Shown: piece after piece, positions 27,702 to 32,000 of the stretch
How positions within the stretch are numbered: the stretch's first letter is position 1
Layout of the letters: every line of letters begins with the position of its first letter
Source: Nitrosomonas europaea
GTDB lineage: Bacteria; Pseudomonadota; Gammaproteobacteria; Burkholderiales; Nitrosomonadaceae
Reading direction: 5' to 3'
NCBI RefSeq assembly: GCF_900167395.1
Contig: NZ_FUWK01000013.1
Coordinates: 20,798 to 52,797 of the forward strand
DNA length: 32,000 nt
Translations under genes and position numbers: made by a program
The notes under the pieces: generated by a model
What the model saw: only the letters and a program-made list of their open reading frames with translations
Told to the model about the DNA's origin: nothing
The model's database searches: none

Positions 27702-30146
27702 ATGGCCACAGAAAAACGGAGTTCCCGTTCCACCAGCAGCAAATCATCCGGCAGCAAATCAGCTGGTACTGGAAAGACCAGACAACCCGGCGTCGAACAC
27801 ATCAGTCCTTTTGCTCAATTTTCCCGTTCTGCAGCCAGCACTAAATCTGCCGAATTTCCATCGATCTTGAACAAGGAAGGCAGTTCACCGGAAGTCGGTA
27901 CGATCGTGTATATCCATGGCATAGGAAACAAACCCGTGGCATCGATCCTGAAATGCCAATGGGATACGGCACTGTTTGGTGCACCCATGGGAGATCGCAC
28001 CCGCATGGCGTACTGGGTGGATCGTAATCGTTACCCCAAACCCAAGGACGCCAGTTGTGCCGACAAGGATACGCTGCCGGAGGATGCAGGTGGAATGGGG
28101 GTACAGGCGCTGCAGGAAAACGAGCTGGAGCCGGAAATCAAACTGAGTGCGGCCGAGCGCAAAATCATGGCCGCACTGGAAGAACGTCTGCGCGCAGGAG
28201 AAAAGCAGCCCGGCGGTGTCAATGTCAAGGTACTGCCTCTGCCAGAGAGTGTGCGATTGTGGATTACCCGCCGTATTACCAAACTGTTCCTCAAGGATGT
28301 GCAGGATTTCTTTTTCGATGAGCACAAGCGCAACGTGATGGAACAGTCGCTGCGTGATCGTCTGGATGTCGGCGGTGGCCCGTTCATCGTGGTTGCTCAC
28401 AGCCAGGGCTCGATGATCGCCTATCATGTACTGCGCCAGTTGAAAAAAGCTGACTGTGACGTACGCCTGTTCATCACTATCGGTTCACCCCTCGGTATTC
28501 AGGAAGCGCAGGATGTGCTTGGCAAGATCGGTTCCGGCAAACCGCTTGCCGTGCCGGAATGTGTCGATCGCTGGCTGAATGTGGCTGAACGCCTCGATCC
28601 CGTCGCACTTGATTCAGATCTTGGTAACGATTATCAGCCTAACAGTCACGGTGTGAAGATCGAGAATCACGCCGGTTTGATGATAAATCCTGAGTGGGCA
28701 TCCAATCCCCATTCGGGTACGGGTTATCTTTCACTCGATATCGTGCGTCAGGCTGTGCGTGAGACAGCAGGTCCTACCTTCAGCAATCCGGTGGGTCGCA
28801 ATATCCTGATGAAAGATCTGGTCGACAATATCGAGGATGGCCACCGTGAGCAGAGACACCCGACACTGATTCAACTGGTTTCAGATGACGATGATGCCAC
28901 CTCGCTGGATGAGGTGCGTGATCGCCTCAGTAACCTGATAAAGAATGTCCTGATTTTCAACAACGCTGAACCCGAAGAAGGGCGCATCCAGCTTATGCGC
29001 CGTTTCATCTCGGCGGATCTGACCCGGAGTGAAATCGAGGAATTACGTTCGCACTGCAGTACATTGAAAATCGATCGCGTGTGGCGTAATGCGCTCAAGC
29101 GTACGCTGCTGCACCAATCGGCACACACGATCCAGGTGCGCCCGGCCAATCTGGGTTATGGTGCCTGTGGCCAGAATATCGCCTGGGCCGTGCTCGATAC
29201 CGGAATCGCTGCTGATCACCCGCATTTCAAAAAACACAACAATGTGGTCGCACAGTGGGATTGCACCGGCAGTGGCAGCCCCAGGGAACTGAGACTCGGC
29301 GACAGCGGGTTTGGCACACTGGATGGTCATGGCCACGGTACCCACGTTGCCGCCATCATTGCAGGCACGCTGACCTTACCGCACGATGAAAAGGATAAAT
29401 CTGAAATCCTGCTGCAGGGAATGGCACCCGAGGCCAGGCTTTACGGTTTCAAGGTGCTCAAGGACAACGGTAATGGAGAAGATGCTTTCATCATCAAGGC
29501 GCTCGATACCATTGCAGAACTGAATGAACGTGCCGGTAAACTGGTCATCCATGGTGTGAATCTCAGCCTGGGCGGCAATTTCGATCCCAGTGTTTTCGGT
29601 TGCGGTCATACGCCACTGTGTCAGGAACTGCGACGCCTGTGGCGTCAGGGAGTACTGGTATGTCTCGCGGCTGGCAATGAGGGTTACGCGCTGCTCGATT
29701 CCGCCAGTGGTGTGATACCAGCCAACATGGATCTTTCCATCGGTGATCCGGCCAATCTGGAGGAAGCCATTTCTGTTGGCTCGGTGCACAAAACCAATCC
29801 GCATACCTATGGCATTTCCTATTTCTCCTCACGCGGCCCGACTGCCGATGGACGCATGAAACCGGATCTGGTTGCCCCGGGTGAGAATATTCTCTCGGCA
29901 CGCCATCAGTGGCCGAAAAGCAAGCTCACCATGCGTAATGCGTATGTCGAGATGAGTGGTACCAGTATGGCTACCCCGCATGTTTCGGGATTGTTTGCAG
30001 CTTTTCTTTCCGCCAGACGGGAGTTCATCGGCTATCCGGATCGCGTCAAAACACTGTTGCTGCAGCATTGTACCGACCTGGCTCGTGATCCTTACATTCA
30101 GGGTAAAGGGATGCCCAATCTGGTAAGAATGATCATGAATACCTGA
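27702..30146 (+). CDS. Cytoplasmic fusion protein: lipase-like alpha/beta-hydrolase domain plus S8 subtilisin-family peptidase domain
   Basis: 814 aa, with SD aaggag upstream. The N-terminus is polar and S/K-rich with no signal peptide. Hydrolase motifs are YIHGIG, VVAHSQGS (Ser234) and ITIGSPLG. S8 motifs are AVLDTGI (Asp499), HGHGTHVAA (His545), NLSLGG and SGTSMATPHVSG (Ser755). Confidence 0.85.
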   Translation: MATEKRSSRSTSSKSSGSKSAGTGKTRQPGVEHISPFAQFSRSAASTKSAEFPSILNKEGSSPEVGTIVYIHGIGNKPVASILKCQWDTALFGAPMGDRTRMAYWVDRNRYPKPKDASCADKDTLPEDAGGMGVQALQENELEPEIKLSAAERKIMAALEERLRAGEKQPGGVNVKVLPLPESVRLWITRRITKLFLKDVQDFFFDEHKRNVMEQSLRDRLDVGGGPFIVVAHSQGSMIAYHVLRQLKKADCDVRLFITIGSPLGIQEAQDVLGKIGSGKPLAVPECVDRWLNVAERLDPVALDSDLGNDYQPNSHGVKIENHAGLMINPEWASNPHSGTGYLSLDIVRQAVRETAGPTFSNPVGRNILMKDLVDNIEDGHREQRHPTLIQLVSDDDDATSLDEVRDRLSNLIKNVLIFNNAEPEEGRIQLMRRFISADLTRSEIEELRSHCSTLKIDRVWRNALKRTLLHQSAHTIQVRPANLGYGACGQNIAWAVLDTGIAADHPHFKKHNNVVAQWDCTGSGSPRELRLGDSGFGTLDGHGHGTHVAAIIAGTLTLPHDEKDKSEILLQGMAPEARLYGFKVLKDNGNGEDAFIIKALDTIAELNERAGKLVIHGVNLSLGGNFDPSVFGCGHTPLCQELRRLWRQGVLVCLAAGNEGYALLDSASGVIPANMDLSIGDPANLEEAISVGSVHKTNPHTYGISYFSSRGPTADGRMKPDLVAPGENILSARHQWPKSKLTMRNAYVEMSGTSMATPHVSGLFAAFLSARREFIGYPDRVKTLLLQHCTDLARDPYIQGKGMPNLVRMIMNT

Positions 30147-30190
30147 GCAAGAGCCGGCCAGGTCGCTCTTGGGTTGTCTGATTATTAAGA
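30030..30190 (+). repeat. Direct repeat copy 1: 3-prime end of the S8 gene plus its downstream tail
   Basis: The coding part 30030-30146 aligns without gaps to 31044-31160, with 106 of 117 nt identical (hand alignment). The similarity resumes at gggttg.c.gattattaa after the stop. Confidence 0.85.
30148..30171 (+). terminator. Possible terminator hairpin after the S8 fusion gene
   Basis: caagagc cggccaggtc gctcttg has a 7-bp stem and a weak T-tail. Confidence 0.3.
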
Positions 30191-30218
30191 TAACCCGTGT
30201 GTTGCCGCTCCGGCGGCC

Positions 30219-30241
30219 AATATGCCCCGCTGGAGCGAGGC
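30219..30241. repeat. 23-nt hairpin repeat, copy a
   Basis: aatatgccccgctggagcgaggc is embedded in a longer imperfect palindrome, ggccaatatgccccgc tgga gcgaggccatattttggcc. It matches 30985-31007 at 22 of 23 positions. Confidence 0.6.
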
Positions 30242-30412
30242 CATATTTTGGCCACTCAATAACATAATAAATGGGCATTTTAAGCTGCGTTTTTAACGCA
30301 GAAATGGCAACGCAGGTAGTTTTTCAGAGGTTTTTTAAGCGTCTAATCACATACCTATGAGTATTACTATAAAATATGACTATGTAGATTAATAAATAGT
30401 ATGAGGAATACC

Positions 30413-30643
30413 ATGACTCATAGAGTGACTATTACGCTCGACGCAGAAACATTTGCTTTTCTGAACGATGTTGCAAGTAGTAATCGTAGCGCCTATGTTA
30501 ATCAGCTCTTAAAACAGGATCGCAAAAATTTCCTGCAGGCAGCGCTACGCAAAGCGAATCAGGAAGAGGCAGAAGATACAAACTACCAGGAAAAATTACA
30601 GGCATGGGAAAGTACGCTGTCAGATGGATTAGCCAATGACTGA
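30413..30643 (+). CDS. Ribbon-helix-helix (CopG-like) antitoxin
   Basis: MTHRVTITLDAETFAFLNDVASSNRSAYVNQLLKQ is a typical RHH beta-strand plus helices. The stop overlaps the toxin ATG (ATGACTGA). The ORF track starts at 30401, but AGGA there serves as an SD for ATG 30413. Confidence 0.8.
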   Translation: MTHRVTITLDAETFAFLNDVASSNRSAYVNQLLKQDRKNFLQAALRKANQEEAEDTNYQEKLQAWESTLSDGLAND

Positions 30644-30977
30644 TTTCAAGCAGCGGGATATTTACTGGATCGATCTTGAACCGACAAAGGGTGCGGAAAC
30701 AAGAAAATTAAGGCCATGTGTAATTATTCAAAGTGACCTGGTTAACGTTCAATCCAGAACAGTGATAGTTGCCCCTTTGCTCCTTCAGCATAAACCCTGG
30801 CCATTTGCAGTGAATCTGGAGCCCACAGAAAAAAATGGTCTGGATAAGGATCGTCATATCAACCTCAAGCAATTACGCGCGGTTGATATTTCACGCATTG
30901 GAAAAAAACAAGGCAGGCTTGAAAATAGATACAAGGATCCTATCAAAGCAGCTTTAATGATCATCTTTGATTTGTAA
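30636..30977 (+). CDS. MazF/PemK-family type II toxin (mRNA interferase)
   Basis: 113 aa. RDIYWIDLEPTKGAETRKLRPCVIIQSD...IVAPL is the hallmark PemK/MazF N-terminal pattern. It is translationally coupled to the upstream RHH gene. Confidence 0.88.
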   Translation: MTDFKQRDIYWIDLEPTKGAETRKLRPCVIIQSDLVNVQSRTVIVAPLLLQHKPWPFAVNLEPTEKNGLDKDRHINLKQLRAVDISRIGKKQGRLENRYKDPIKAALMIIFDL

Positions 30978-30984
30978 GCTGGTA

Positions 30985-31007
30985 AATATGCCTCGCTGGA
31001 GCGAGGC
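30985..31007. repeat. 23-nt hairpin repeat, copy b
   Basis: aatatgcctcgctggagcgaggc contains a perfect 7-bp stem (gcctcgc tgga gcgaggc). It starts 8 nt after the toxin stop. Confidence 0.6.
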
Positions 31008-31043
31008 GGGCTGCATTCTCACACGGAGCGTGGGAACTCAATT

Positions 31044-31160
31044 GGCTATCCGGATCGCGTCAAGGCACTGCTGCTGCAGTATTGCACCGACCTGGCCCGT
31101 GATCCCTATATTCAGGGTAAAGGAATGCTTAATCTGGTAAGAATGATCATGAATACCTGA
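31044..31160 (+). pseudogene. Orphan 3-prime fragment (last 38 codons plus stop) of a second S8-peptidase allele
   Basis: It translates to GYPDRVKALLLQYCTDLARDPYIQGKGMLNLVRMIMNT*, versus GYPDRVKTLLLQHCTDLARDPYIQGKGMPNLVRMIMNT* at the end of the intact gene. There is no upstream homology or start codon. Confidence 0.8.
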
Positions 31161-31354
31161 AAGAAAGTCAGCCGGGACACATCGCCGGGTTGCCAGATTA
31201 TTAAAAAATAAAATCATGACAAAATTTTTGGGCTGATTATGACTCAAACATAAAATAGTCAAAATAGTAATCGTATTGATCAAAAGTGCTTCCACCAGAA
31301 GAGTAGGTCACTACTCTTTCGTTCTTGACTGAGCAGTTCTAAATGGAGGGCATC

Positions 31355-31864
31355 ATGAGACGCATATACTTTTTGGTTCCAGAGATCGTTACTACCCGAA
31401 AAATTGTTGATGATTTGCTTCTGGCAAAGATTGAAGAGAGGCATATTCATGTGATCGCAAAACGTGGTACGCCGCTGGAAGATTTGCCGGAAGCCAACCT
31501 GCTGCAGAAAACTGATTTTGTTCCTGCTGTTCAGCAGGGAATTGCACTGGGTGGCGCCACAGGGCTGCTTGCCGGGCTGGTAGCCGTTGCGCTGCCACCT
31601 GCATCAGCAGTCATTGCCGGCGGCATTCTGCTGGCAACCACACTGGCGGGAGCCGGTGTCGGGTCGTGGGTAAGTGGCATGATCGGTATGACCATCGGCA
31701 ATCGGCGCATTAAAGAATTTGAGGAGGAAATCGAAGCAGGAAAACTGCTGGTACTGGCGGATGTGCCAGTCAATCGAGTCGATGAAATTGAAGATCGGGT
31801 GAAACAGCATTTACCGCAAATCGAGGTGATGCGAACAGAACCCAAGGTTCCGGCATTTCCTTAA
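31355..31864 (+). CDS. Hypothetical membrane protein with a glycine-rich TM hairpin
   Basis: 169 aa from ATG 31355, with GGAGGG 4 nt upstream. The track ORF starts at 31343. The central Gly/Ala-rich hydrophobic segments are GIALGGATGLLAGLVAVAL and GGILLATTLAGAGVGSWVSGMIGM. Confidence 0.65.
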   Translation: MRRIYFLVPEIVTTRKIVDDLLLAKIEERHIHVIAKRGTPLEDLPEANLLQKTDFVPAVQQGIALGGATGLLAGLVAVALPPASAVIAGGILLATTLAGAGVGSWVSGMIGMTIGNRRIKEFEEEIEAGKLLVLADVPVNRVDEIEDRVKQHLPQIEVMRTEPKVPAFP

Positions 31865-31871
31865 AACGAAT

Positions 31872-31901
31872 ATCCGGGCTCAGAACAGAGCCCGGATGTT
31901 T
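31872..31901 (+). terminator. Rho-independent terminator
   Basis: atccgggctc agaaca gagcccggat forms a perfect 10-bp stem, followed by gttt, 8 nt after the stop codon. Confidence 0.6.
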
Positions 31902-32000
31902 ATCATAGAAAAATGGATGACTTCACTACATTTGCAATGATGAGGTGTAGTAGTTCAGATTTGATCTGACAGCAGGTCTTGCCAAGAGGTGGGATTACCC

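Noticed and set aside
30147-30400. Reading the bulged palindromes flanking the TA cassette as integron attC sites.
   Set aside because: No RYYYAAC / GTTRRRY core boxes occur at the expected positions. No intI or attI is in the window, and the flanking S8 3-prime duplication is not an integron feature.
31038-31295. An 85-aa minus-strand ORF downstream of the TA module.
   Set aside because: It is the antisense read of the orphan S8 3-prime fragment plus an AT-rich spacer. The plus-strand homology to the S8 C-terminus explains why it is open.
1-32000. A search for CRISPR arrays, tRNA/rRNA genes, complete IS elements, and transposase or integrase genes.
   Set aside because: I saw no regularly spaced repeats, cloverleaf-like tRNA sequences, rRNA-like stretches or full-length recombinase ORFs. 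Only the short HTH remnant at 7691-7812 was found.

Overview
This 32-kb window looks like bacterial chromosome. The lnt-glyQ-glyS-gmhB-plsC order and the many FecI/FecR/TonB-receptor genes suggest a betaproteobacterium, possibly Nitrosomonas-like; that is inference only. No rRNA, tRNA or CRISPR array was seen.

Gene content, left to right:
- A Fur-box-preceded TonB-dependent receptor (126-2393).
- A minus-strand cluster of three exported proteins: membrane protein, PD40/TolB-like beta-propeller and TPR-like protein (2527-6155).
- A tandem universal stress protein.
- A DUF3147 gene bracketed by short direct repeats, next to a recombinase-HTH remnant.
- A hypothetical membrane-anchored protein (8557-9033).
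- A YqaA/DedA-type membrane protein.
- A translationally coupled NitT/TauT-type ABC importer plus NnrS operon (10091-13876).
- A patatin-like phospholipase split by a +1 frameshift (14077-15970).
- A visibly GC-richer FecI/FecR/STN-TonB receptor signalling cassette (16327-20778).
- A conserved housekeeping block: DUF6164, lnt, glyQ, glyS, gmhB, plsC (21022-27508).
- An accessory islet (27509-31210).

The islet is the most interesting part. It holds an 814-aa protein with no signal peptide that fuses a lipase-like alpha/beta-hydrolase to an intact S8 subtilase. Next comes an RHH/MazF-PemK toxin-antitoxin pair. The TA pair sits between two diverged direct copies of the last 117 nt of the subtilase gene and two copies of a 23-nt hairpin.

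Secondary leads are the split patatin gene, a stop-free in-frame 72-codon extension after a TAA stop, a 145-nt imperfect palindrome upstream of lnt, a terminator-like hairpin abutting fecI, and a gmhB with a non-canonical HAD motif I (DQNG).
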